Positions 15,601 to 26,884 of a DNA stretch of 49,621 bases are shown one piece after another. The notes under the pieces were generated by a model. It was given only the letters and a program-made list of their open reading frames with translations, made no database searches and was not told the DNA's origin. Numbering within the stretch: the first letter of the stretch is position 1; every line of letters begins with the position of its first letter. The DNA is from Spirogloea muscicola (taxonomy: Eukaryota), in assembly GCA_009602725.1 (NCBI GenBank), contig WELB01000020.1:665182-714802 (forward strand), read 5' to 3'. Both the position numbers and the translations under genes were made by a program.

Positions 15601-16469
15601 TTCAGTTGAGTTGATTGAGAATCACAATGTGTTGCAGATCCTTGACCCCCGGTGTCCTTAGCCACTCCCAGTGTGGACCTCCGTTGCTCATTTGTGCCGC
15701 CATGGCATGCCTGTACTCTGTCTTTGGCAGGGAAGCCGGCGGCCCCCCGCGAGCACGTCTTGCCTCTTGACAAGCGGCGGGCCGAGGCAGTCGTACGGCA
15801 GTGGCAGGCCGCGAAAGCAGACGCGCTTGGGCCACGGCACAATGTCGCTGCATTGCACCAGGTACAGCAATGTCAAGTGTGCAGCTCCACACACTAGTAA
15901 GCTGCAGCACCTGCGGGCGGGAGCTAGAAGTGGCCACAAATAATTAGAACCTACAATTGCTGCCCATTCACGTCTTTGGTAGAGCAGCTCAGATACTCCT
16001 GTAAGCTTGAGAGCTGCAGTTGTAACTGTCTGAAGCAATCTGATGATAATAGCTTGACTGACAAAAACAGCGGGAGCAATCCTATGATTCTAACAGCTCT
16101 TCTTCTTGCACTGTGACTTGGTGCTGGACTTGGTGCTGGCAGGTCCTGGACGGCGCTATGCTGGAAGAGTGGGCAGTCAAGGCTCGCGAGGTGCACCGCC
16201 GTGGCCTGCACTGGCAGTATCAGCTCGACGCCGTGCGTGTAGGCAGCCTCATCCTGTCGGAGAGCGGGCGGCGCGCCATGGTGGAGGCTGAGCTGCGCGA
16301 GAGTGCGGCATTGGTCGCAGAAGGCGCCGGCGGCGGCCAGCGGAGCTCCTACCGCAGCACGTACACGAGCCGCTACGAGCTGCGCTTTTTTGGCACTAGC
16401 ACTAGCAGCAGCGGCAGCGGTGGCTGGAAAATAAGCAGCGGCAGCGTCGTGCATGAAAAAACTGAATGA
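12679..16469 (+). CDS. ARC6: Plastid division protein ARC6 (J-like domain, TM segment, C-terminal IMS/DUF4101 domain)
   Basis: LPFDYYQ|VLGAQTHFLADSIQRAHEARV...RRELLAAARDTLADPRRRGEYN; WSQVPGALCLLLEAG; LPGLCRLLERWLGEVLLPRFRDT; hydrophobic VAAVAAALVALLALAM; AEAVVRQWQAAKADALGPRH; VLDGAMLEEW...YRSTYTSRYEL...WKISSG. Confidence 0.93.
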
Positions 16470-16967
16470 GAGACCCTCACTGCTTCGGTTGTTGACTACC
16501 AGCTTCTAAATGTTCACGTTGCCATTTGAACTTTGTCACAAAGCAGAGCCGGCGCTCAACATAGAAAGTCTACGTTGTGCTCACTTGCGAGTTGCATATT
16601 CTCATAGCACCACGTCTCACCCACAGAAGCAAGTCTCCAAGTGACTTGAAGGAGATGAGGTAGCCCCAGGTGACTAGGCACATGTATGTGCTTCTTTGCT
16701 TCTTGTAAAGTGGGCGGCGTGCATCCACGTAATCATCACAATCATTATTAAAAATGATCCATTGGCACCCAGAATGGGGGGGGGGGGCATGATAAGGAAC
16801 ACAATAGCTGAAGGTAATCATTGGCAGCTAGCAAAATCGCAATCTGCACTACGTCTTGAGAAGGATAATGGTGGCCAGGAGCGTGGACAAGGCAAGCGCT
16901 GACTTAACGGAACAGGCACTGTGCGCCATGTAAAGCCATATGTGACATTTCCACAGGCACGGCGTTT

Positions 16968-19536
16968 TCAGAAAGTAAACCGTCTCCGGCACAGACTGGA
17001 GCCATGCTCGGCATATTCCTGCTTTGTCACCACCTTCTGCTCAAACTGCGGGCTGCTTGCAAAGATTGCTCCACCCCTCCATGCGCACAGCTCCGGCCTA
17101 CAAGCACCGTCCGCATCAAGAGAATGTCATGCGAACAGCTAAGTTCCTATGCAAGGAGCACACAACAGGGATGATTGAAGGTGGAACCACTTGTCGGGCT
17201 TGCACAACAGACTGAGCAGATGAGGGATGGGCTTTCTTCTTAGGCCATCGATCGAGTATACCTGTCTGGAAGTATCACGTTGAGGTCGTACTCATCTGGC
17301 ACAAGAGCCCTCAGCTCCATCTCACTACCAACACACGCCCACGTCGTCGCCCAGGCGGCACCCAAGGGACTGCGTCAGCAATACTAGGACCAGCACAGGC
17401 TGGGCACAGAAGCACACGCCCACCTGGTAATTGTGCACAAACACTATTCATGACCATGGGTGTCTTACAGCTTCTCTCGAAAGCCGTGGAAGAGCGTACT
17501 GCCGCCAGTCAGCAAGATGCTGCAATGAGCCCAAAGAAAGGACAGCGACAGGAGGTGAGATTGGTCATATCCAAGCGTTGCGTCAGGGGCACACGTGCCT
17601 GCAGGCACGCCGTGTCACAATTCCCAGCCAGAGGCGCCCAGGTTTTGCCAACAAGAGGTGATGCACTTAGCAGGATAACTATGTGCATGGCGGCCTGCCC
17701 CAGCGAGCACAAAAGTACGGGCCTTGTTTCGTCACATAGTCGACCAACTTTTTTACATTGAGATTAGGGGCGTCCGCTGACCTGGAGTAGAGCAGCGGTT
17801 GCATGTCTGCTGGGCAGGCTTTGACGGCATGGACGATGCATTCTGCCAGCCCAGCCTGATTGATACCTGGCCATCAGCCGCAGCATAATTGTCAATCTTG
17901 TCTGTCGTTTTGATGGCTTTGCGACGAGCTCATGGTGCACCTCAGAATCCTTGCAGAGGTACTGCTGGCTGACCTTCCTCCATAAAGGTCAATGCAGTGG
18001 GACTTAAAACCTCGTGCAACCTCAGCTGAGAGGGTGAGTCCACTTGCACCGAGCAGTGGGCATTGGAGCTCACCCAAGTCCGCGGGGTGGAAGAGCATCT
18101 CAGGCACCAGGAATCGCTCATTAGTCAGCGCAATGGTTGTCTGCAGGACTCCAAGACTTGCGAAGAGTCACAGGCAGCGCAAAGACCGGGATGGTGGGCA
18201 TCCCATGATCAGTACAAAAGCAAGTCGAATTGCGATCTCCATCCCATGTATTGGACACCTGCCGGCTGACATGGACATATGACCATGTCAGACGTCACCT
18301 AGTTGGTGGGTGCTGAACACCTGCTCGTCATCCGCCATGCTCCTGCCAGCTGTGGCACCAGTCTTGCTCGAGCCGTCATCTTGCCTCCTGGCGCTGCCAC
18401 TTGATGTCGAGTGGGCCCCACCTGTCGTAGCCCGCAGCTCGCCCTCGCCGGCAGTGCTGCCTAGTGAGCTCACTCGCTTGGCAGCCTCGGCAGCCGCAGG
18501 GTCTCGTACAAAGCCGCGTTTGTGTCGAATGCCGTCCGGGAGAACATACTCCGCACGCATGTAATTATCTGGCCCAGTCTTCCTGGACTACGAGAGCGCA
18601 GGGTCAGCGTTGTGGCGCCATTGCTGAGGCATCATCGTGTGGCAGCGAGGCCAGCTGCAGGGGCTCGGCTGAGCTGAGGCACTGAGCACGGCTGACCTTA
18701 CCTGGCTATCTCAAGGTCCCGTGCTACATTCAGCGAGCAGAAGCAGAGGCGATTCTTCACGTCCTCCAGGATGTACGCCTCGCCGCGGACGTCGAGCGAG
18801 CGGTACGACACGAGCTCCACGAGGTAATTCGTCAGGCCCTTGCCACCGAGGTCGATGCGGCGTACTGCGGCGGGCACCACCCGGCCGCCCACCAGCGGCG
18901 TCACGTGCGTGAACGAGAAGCCGGCGTCCACAATGACGCCGCATCGCGCCTCGGCCAGCACGCTGCTCGGCTCGGCGATCGCCTGCCAAACAGCCGACCA
19001 CCGACGGCCTGGCTTTCAGCTCTCGCCAACAAATGTGGGTGTCTCGAGGCCGCCGGAAGGTCGTCGAGCTCTAACGCTGCCCTTAAGGGTTTAAGCTTTA
19101 GGATTGAGATTTAGGTGTTAAGGTTTAGGGTTGAAGGGTCTAAGGGTTGGGGTTTGAGGATGAAGGGTAAGTGTTTTAGGGTTTAGGGTATAGTTTAGGG
19201 TTTCAGGCTTAGGGTCTAGGCCTGGCACCTGGCACAGGCGGCTGAGCGCCGCCGCGGGCGCCGCGCAGTAAGCCCGCAAGCCGAGCTCCTCGAACACGAC
19301 CTCGTCGGTGGCGGCGGCGATTGCCGGCAGCGTGAAAGGCGGCTCGGTGAGCAGGAGCGCAGCGGCGTCGGGCGGCGCGACGCCGGCTGCGGCGAAGGCA
19401 CGGCCCCACACTGCGCGCTGCACGTCCCAGCTCACGACGTACCCGCGGTCGCACGGCCGCCTGGCGCGCAGCAGCGGTGCAGTCAGCGCCGCCGTCGCCA
19501 GGACCGGCGCCGCGGCCATGGCAGTCAGCGCCGCCG
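16968..19536 (-). CDS. ARP6: Actin-related protein 6 (SWR1 complex); 5' end lost in the assembly gap
   Basis: Exons encode RRPCDRGYVVSWD, LLLTEPPF, VIVDAGFSFTHV, RIDLGGKGLTNYLVELVSYRSL, EYVLPDG, LTNERFLVPEMLFHPADLG, INQAGLAECIV, ILLTGGSTLF, ELRALVPDEY and AWRGGAIFASSPQF...CRRRFTF* (TGA 16970-16968). Confidence 0.93.
19083..19220 (+). repeat. Degenerate interstitial telomere-like (TTTAGGG)n tract inside an ARP6 intron
   Basis: Run of 7-mer variants such as tttaggg, ttaaggg, ttgaggg and tttcagg within the intron spanning ~18983-19228. Confidence 0.8.
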
Positions 19537-20008
19537 NNNNNNNNNNNNNNNNNNNNNNNNNNNNNNNNNNNNNNNNNNNNNNNNNNNNNNNNNNNNNNNN
19601 NNNNNNNNNNNNNNNNNNNNNNNNNNNNNNNNNNNNNNNNNNNNNNNNNNNNNNNNNNNNNNNNNNNNNNNNNNNNNNNNNNNNNNNNNNNNNNNNNNNN
19701 NNNNNNNNNNNNNNNNNNNNNNNNNNNNNNNNNNNNNNNNNNNNNNNNNNNNNNNNNNNNNNNNNNNNNNNNNNNNNNNNNNNNNNNNNNNNNNNNNNNN
19801 NNNNNNNNNNNNNNNNNNNNNNNNNNNNNNNNNNNNNNNNNNNNNNNNNNNNNNNNNNNNNNNNNNNNNNNNNNNNNNNNNNNNNNNNNNNNNNNNNNNN
19901 NNNNNNNNNNNNNNNNNNNNNNNNNNNNNNNNNNNNNNNNNNNNNNNNNNNNNNNNNNNNNNNNNNNNNNNNNNNNNNNNNNNNNNNNNNNNNNNNNNNN
20001 NNNNNNNN
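19537..20008. other. Assembly gap (472 N)
   Basis: Run of N flanked by very GC-rich sequence. It hides the 5' ends of two divergent genes. Confidence 0.99.
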
Positions 20009-20085
20009 GCCGTGCCGCTGCGCGCCACGGCGGCGGCGACGGCGACGCGCGGCTTCTCAGACCACACGCCGTGACGAAAAGTCTG

Positions 20086-20123
<38 letters not shown>

Positions 20124-20128
20124 TGCAG

Positions 20129-21720
20129 GAGCTCTACTTCGGCCTCTTCACGCTGCGCACGGCGGGCGCGTACTTGTACGACGCCGCCGGGAATCGATCC
20201 CGCGTCGACCGAGCGGACGGCCGCGGAGACCGCTACTGCGGGTGGGCGCCGCCCGCTTCCTAACGGCGCTGCCGCTCACCTCTGTTATCTGCAACGGTCT
20301 TAGTAAGTATTATTTCTAAGTGATTCCGCACATTTTTGGCGTAATGGCGGCCATGGCTTGGCTCTCCGCGAGCCCCTTGATGTGTGAGCCGCTTGTTGCC
20401 GTCGTCTGATTGCAAGGGCCCATGTTCGGCGCCGTTCTCTCGCTGGCAGGACCGCTGCGCCGCTGAGTGCCACGCCGTGCAGCCATCTAGTCGTGGACGG
20501 CGTGCGATACCTGCTGTTCCCAGACCTTCGGGTTGGTCCCCGGGGCCCACCCTGCGGCGCTCCATTAGGCGGTTGATCTAGCCCATTTTTTGCGAGCTCG
20601 CAGCTGCGCTCAGCTGCTAAGTAGGTGAAGTAGGCGGAAGATGCTGACTTCGTGACCTCGTTGCTCTGTTCCGCTCGGAAGTACTGCTGCACGTGCTGCA
20701 CAGCTGCCAACGGCTGCGGCATCGTGGCACGGGACTGGCTCGCTGGCGCCGCGTACCTGGGCAGTGATGAGGTCGACGGCATCGTCTGTGACAAGTGGTC
20801 AGCTCCCACTGCGCATGGCTGGCGCTTCGCTTTGGTCGTGAGACTCAAAGCGCAGCGAAACCCATACCATGGCCTGGTTGCTTCCATGCAAACGGGCCCA
20901 ACGCCGTGCTCTAATAGCGAGAGTGTGGCGCAGGAACAAGCCGGGCCTGCAGAATAACTACTACTGGCAGACCCCAGGCGGTGTGCCCATCCGCATCTAC
21001 CAGGTCATTGCCCGCCTCACTGGCTTTTGTCAATGCCTTAAAGTACTGCCTGACACAGAAACCAAACCCAAGAAAGTCGTGATACTGAATCTTACTAACG
21101 CCCAATCCTCTCTCATTTTCGGAAGGACCTACTGGATGGGGCTAACGAAGCCTGATTATTATGCCGGCACTGTTTATGCCATTGCATATTGCAGTGTCTT
21201 TGAACCAAGCCAGAGGTCGGTGCACAACCAGTGCTTGCATCTGTGCAGCCAGCTATCACATCACTGCACATGCAACAGCCTGACAAGATTGGCTACCCCG
21301 GCCCCGTCTGGCTGTTCACTGGCAGGAATATGCTGAGATGATGACGTTCCGGCCTGATACATACACAACGTCTCCAGACTTTGTGGATAGCACCTTCTCA
21401 CTTCCAGAGTACTCTAAGTTCGCGGCAACCCTTCCATACATGCTTACATGTAAACAGGAGGTCATGCAAGAACGTTGAGTTTCCTGGTGCTTGACGTTCT
21501 CGTCACAAGGGCCTTGTGAGTGACATGCTATCACAATGTAACATACTATGATACCCTACACATGGAAAGCTAACACATGTCGTGTCCATGCAGCTGCAAG
21601 AGCGCTTGTTACGGGACCTGCCTCATAGCTGCCCAGGTGGGCCGGTTGCTCCCATCCAGCCTAAGGGCTGATGCCTTCATGATACCTAGAACCAACCCCA
21701 ACGTCTTTGTAGCTCCTTGA
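20129..21720 (+). CDS. Uncharacterised Cys-rich protein (At4g14100-like / possible ependymin-LolA-fold family); 5' end in the gap
   Basis: Six GT-AG exons splice in frame: ELYFGLFTLRTAGAYLYDAAGNRSRVDRADGRGDRYCG-TAAPLSATPCSHLVVDGVRYLLFPDLR-YCCTCCTAANGCGIVARDWLAGAAYLGSDEVDGIVCDKW-NKPGLQNNYYWQTPGGVPIRIYQ-EYAEMMTFRPD...-CKSACYGTC...*. The family label is recalled from the GI-x2-DWL-G-x-YLG-x3-VDG-x2-C-x2-W motif and is unverified. Confidence 0.7.
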
Positions 21721-23224
21721 GCCGGCAGTGGTTGCAACCTTTGCACTGATGGTTCGTGGTGGTGCCGTGCTACTTAGGTGCCGCTTGCTGCAGCTCTTTG
21801 AGAGAATCAGAGTACCACAACATGCACTACTGCTTGGAGCAACTCACACTCCGCAGGTATGTTCACAAACTTTATGCTGAGGTACTTCAAGAACAGTACC
21901 TTCATGTAGAGGCTCTACTACAGAGCATTAGCACTTAAATCTAAATCTGAAAGCTAGGACATGTTAGCTATTCTGCAACAGCTGATTAACTATGTAAAAA
22001 CTAGTAGCCATTGTGAAGGCAACCCTATGGACAAATTTTGGAGTCACGGCTGCCTTTTGCTTGTCTCTGAAGTTGAAGTTGTACCGCCCTTGACATATTG
22101 CTGTCAAATCTGTGCAGTGTGATTAGGAGCCAATGTATGTGCTCATGAGCACTTCCAATGATGTGAGCAGCCAGCTTTTGTCCATTTCATCCATTTGAAT
22201 CCGCTGGAAGGGCCACATCACATTAGCAAACAGTCGATTATATCCGATCTGCCTACCCCATCAAGTCGGCTCTTCCAGGGCGATAGGACTTCAATAATGC
22301 TACCACTTAAGCAAAAGTGATGCAGAGTAGTAGCGGCTGCAAGGGCGCACCTGGAATTGCCATCAGCAGGTCGTCCTTGAATCTTAGGCAGCACCATGCA
22401 TATGGGCATTGGTGGCAGTGAGCAGATCACACAGGGGGCCGTGCTGCACATCATGTTGCGTGGTTGCCAGATCGGCAAGTGATTTGTGTTATCCAGCTGC
22501 TGCCCTGCCAGATTCTAAAGCCATGCAATGCGATGCAAGCAGGCTGCAGCACCACTTGGCACATCTGCGCCCCAACTCTACTTTATCTGCGTATGCCACT
22601 TGCCGAGTCCAGCAAAATTGACCTCTTTTCGTTGCTTCGCTGTCAAGGCCTCCTTGGCTTGAGGCGCAACTGATCCTTCCACCTCCTAAGCTTGTCGGAG
22701 TATGCAGGTTTAGGGCATGATTGACGACCGGGCTTCCTAGGGGATAACGTGTGGGCCCTCGTAGCATGACGCTTCGGTAACGTAGACGCCACCTCTGCTC
22801 ATCTCCAAGCACGTGGCTGGCCTTCAGAGCCGCTATTTGAAAACAAGCGCTTCCCCCGTGGCCAGATGCAGGTTCTCTGCTCGAGTCCCATACCTCGGCA
22901 GCAACACCTTTCACGAAGGCGATGAGGAGGAAGTGGAGCAGGAGGGCCTGAAAGCCTGTCCGGTGCTCTGCAGCTATATGCGCGGGCTGGAGGGGCCGCC
23001 GTTCATCTCCTCAGCGCAAACGGCTGACAGCTAAGGTCGGCTGCGGCAGTGCCGGCGGCGTCGGGCGGCGGCCCTAATGGGCCGAGCCATCCCGGCCGCC
23101 GCCGTCTCGGCCCGGCACGGCAGGGCGCGTGGGCGCACCGGCGGCGCGGCCGACCCGGCCAGCTTTCGCCGGGAGAAGCCATGGCGGCCCTTGCTGCACT
23201 GACTAATATGATATCCGCTGTTAT

Positions 23225-24460
23225 TGTCATGAACAACCTATATGTATCGGTGGCTGGACCTCCTGCAGCGGCTTGCAGAGGGCCATCGCTCGTTGGCAGG
23301 GCCAGCAAGGTGAGCTGCCCGGCCTCAACGTCGCTGGGTCGCTGTTCTTCATGCGGCTATTGATGTCCTTCCGCAAGTCCCAGGCTCACGCAGTGCAATT
23401 CCCCCTTGCCATCGACGTCCACGGGGCAATCGACGCTCGGTGGCTCGAGGTCCTGCACCGGCTAGCGCGCAGCGCTGTGGCCCGACGTTATTGAGGGGAG
23501 CAGGCTGAACTCAACGCGGCAGGCCGCGTTGAGCTCCAAAATCTCTCGCCCAGGTATCTCTCATGCGCCTGTCAGTATCGCTTTGGCGGGCTGGCTTTTC
23601 CAGCCCCTATTCTCAATGGGCGAGCACTTTCTTTAGCGGTCAATAGATGCAACGCGGCATACGCGTTGCATCTATGTGCCGGTTGCGCTGGCTGCAGCCT
23701 CTGGCTGTAGAGAGAACGCGGCTGCTGATATTAATAGAGCGGCTGTAAAAGCCAGCCAGATGCATACAGGTGTTCATGACAGAGCCATAGGCTAGGCAGA
23801 CATGGCGCTCTTAGTAATCCCGTGTCAGCAGTAGGAAGTCAGATGAGCTGAGGAAAATCGTATATTAGAAACTAATGAGGGGAGGAAGAGCAACCCCCCT
23901 GCGCAAACCAGAGGCTGCTGCAAGGAGAATGCGGCTGCTGATATTAAAGAATCGGCTGTAAACTGCAGCCAGATGCATACAGGTATTCATGATGGAGCCA
24001 GAGGCTAGGCAGACAGGGCGCCCTCAATACCCCCCGTGTCAGCTGAAGAAAGTGCTCGCCCATTGAGGATATGGGCTGGAAATGCCAGCCCAAAAAGAAT
24101 GAACAGAGTACGAGAAGGGGGCCAGGGGAAGCATTAAGAAAAACAAGCACACAAAGCAGCTACGAATCACTCAGTAAAGAATCGGCTGTAAACTGCCAGC
24201 CAGATGCATACAGGTGTTCATAACGGAGCCAAAGGCTAGGCAGACAGGGCGCCCTCAATACCCCGTGTCAGCAGTAGAAAGTCAGATGAGCTGAGGGGAG
24301 GAAGAGCAACCCCGCTGCGCAAACCAGAGGCTGCTGCAAGGGCGCGACCAGCCCGGCGATGCAAAGCAATCGCCTGGGACCACTGTAGACACATAGATAA
24401 AGGCATTCGGTAGCAGGAAACAAGACCCAAAGGCACCGAGCCACCGGGAAGGGCTGGCAC
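23225..24460. mobile_element. Patchwork of short CRE-like fragments: + strand pieces 23225-23710, then tandem - strand 3' ends 23712-24460
   Basis: GELPGLNVAGSL and FPLAIDVHGAID pieces occur in permuted order. 24176-24457 is a near-identical reverse complement of ~11790-12070, with partial repeats at 23715-23920 and 23925-24042. Confidence 0.85.
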
Positions 24461-25625
24461 GTTGCCCTTCCAGGCGGCTCTCCGCTCTGCCCGGGATGCG
24501 CTGCATGCAGATCACCCCGCCCTGGTGCCACGGGCCGTCCCGTTCGCGCACCTCGCGCGCACGGCCGACCTCCGGGCCCAACCTCGCTTCATGGCAGAGG
24601 TAGATGCGGCCGCCTTCACCACGGCGATGGGGCTTTTGCCATCGGCCGACCTCCGGGGGCGCGCGCGGTTGCTCTCGGCATCCTCACCAGGGGCGGCAGC
24701 TTGACTGTGTGCCCTGCCTATCCACGATGCGCTCCGCATGCCTGACGACGCCTTCAGCACGGCGGTGCACCGCCTCCTCGGCCTCCACCCACCCTGCCTC
24801 AGTGGAGTACAGCAGTGTGAGTGCGGAGAGCGCGGTTCCGACGCGGCATCGTTGGCAGCTCACATGCTGAGGTGCGCATGGGGCGGGGAGCGGACAGGAA
24901 CACACGACCTGCTGCGGGATGCCATGTTTGGCATCTTTGTCGAGGCCGGTTATGCGGTGGCGCTCGAGAACACCAGCGTCATGCCTCCGACCGTTGGGGC
25001 GGATGGCCGCATCCACACCTGGCGCGCCGACCTCGTCGCCAGTGCGCTCGGCGGGGGACCTCGGCTCATCGCAGACGTCGTCACAACTGACAGCTTCGTT
25101 TCCAGCAGCGCGAAACGCTCGTCGGAGGAGGCGGGCTACGCAGTCAGCCAAGCGGCGGGCGAAAAGGAACGGAAGTTTTTAGATCACCCGGTGGGAGACG
25201 CGTTCGTTCCACTGGCAGTCGACGTGCACGGAGCCTTTGGCTCGGAATGGCTTGACTTGCTCCACCGCCTGGCGCGGCGTGTAGCGGCCCGCCGCCTCGG
25301 GCAGCAGGGCGAGCAGCCCGGCTTCAACGTCGCCGGGTCCCTCGCTCAAGTGTTCCGTATGCGTTTGGCCGTCTCGATGCAGCGGTCCCTTGCCTTCGCG
25401 ATTCACTTGCGCGCAGGCCGAGCTTTGGCGGCGGCCTCCGGCTTCCATCAGGGCGACGTCTTTCCGCCAGCTAGCTACTCGGACTTGCATCTCCTGACTA
25501 GAGGTTACTGAGCGTTCCCTGGCTGATGTCTTAGTCCTAGTCGTTCGCACTCAGGCTCCCTCAGACCTTGTCCACTCCTTTGGGCTGGCCTTTCCCAGCC
25601 ACCAGTCAATCTGGCCGCGCTTCAT
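24461..25625 (+). mobile_element. 5'-truncated CRE-like LINE (linker + zinc knuckle + RLE; one in-frame TGA at 24702-24704) with 3' UTR
   Basis: DLRGRARLLSASSPGAAA*LCALP..LRMPDDAFSTAVHRLLG..CECG..HMLRC..RTGTHDLLRD..WRADLV..LIADVVTTD..EKERKF..FVPLAVDVHGAFG..LLTRGY*. Confidence 0.85.
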
Positions 25626-26552
25626 TGAAGGGCTGCACCCTGTTTCCGGCGCCGCTGGTCAGCTTGAGAGGCCAGCAGCGAAAGAAGGGGTTTCCCACTG
25701 CCCCCATCTCTGGATCATGGCGGCGCTGCCGACGGCTGCGGCGGCGGAGGCGGCGGCGGCTGCTGCGGCGGCGGAGGCCGAGCTCTCCTTGAGAGCGTCG
25801 CGCCTGGGGCAGAAGGCCCGCAGCAGCTAGTGAACCTTCGCTCGGACCCGCTTGCGTCTGCGAGACGTCGTGGTGACTCTGCGGTGAGCAGCCTTGACGT
25901 ATTGTGCTGTCTATCGCGAGCATATTACCCAAGCGCTAGTTTTTGATTCTACTCCGTTACAACTGTCGATTGAGGGCTTGCGGCATCTCAACCGTGTAGC
26001 ACTTGTTAACCTTGCCATATCATCATTTTGTGGACAAGGTACTGCACCCATTGCTTGCGTGTACATGCTGGCATAGACATAGAAGCTGGGCTGTGCTGCT
26101 AACCAGATTGGGAGTACCAAGTAACGGCATCTGGCACACCAACAGAACGAGCCAATTACAAAGTGATACAAACGAGTGATTCAAGTCTTGCTGGGAGCTC
26201 AAGTAGATGAATCAGCAATGCACTGATCTGGGGGTTAGGGTTTCAATCGTCTAATTTTTCTATGAGGCTTAGGTTTTGCTGAGTATGTTCACAAAAATCT
26301 CACTTGCAGTGTGCATGCACCGCACCACTTTCTGACTTTGAGCTGTAAAATACCGTCAACTATGATTACTGTCGTTGCTGATGTCAAGGTGCCGTGGCGG
26401 CGGGTGCGGCGCAGATGTCCACGCTGGGGGCGTACTGCGGCCTTGGCAAGCAGGCGCATCGGTGACGCAGGCCCTCCCTTGCCACACAGTCAGCTTGCCA
26501 GCCTTCCCCTAATGTTGCTTTGCGCGTCCATTCCTGCATCTTGCACCATTTG

Positions 26553-26670
26553 CATCGGGTTACCAAAGCCGTGATAAGTTCAAATTGATTACAAAAGCTG
26601 GGTCACTCTCCATCTGGTTACCAAAGCCGAGGTACTTTCAATTGAGTTACAAAGCCGAGTCCATTTGATC
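26553..26670. repeat. Imperfect tandem repeat (two ~58-bp units, each with two TTAC(C/A)AAAGC(C/T)G cores)
   Basis: ggttaccaaagccg at 26558 and 26616; ttacaaaagctggg at ~26589; ttacaaagccgag at ~26647. Confidence 0.55.
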
Positions 26671-26884
26671 CTTTATTACTTGCAAAGCGGACTTTCGGAC
26701 TGAAGACTCGACTGCTTATCTTTTGTGACTCCTTGGATTGCTTAGCTTCTGTGGCTTATATCAGATTCATGCTTGTTGTTGGCCGAATTCACTTGTACAT
26801 TCAACATTGTACAAGACTACGGGCAGGCAAGCTCGTCAATCTGGACGATTCAAATAGCACAGATCTCGTTGACGATGATCTATC

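Noticed and set aside
14883..15842. Long antisense and alternative-frame ORFs (also 5886-6866, 10684-11430, 19308-20303)
   Set aside because: These are shadows of GC-rich coding sequence or ORFs spanning the N gap. They are low complexity with no domains.
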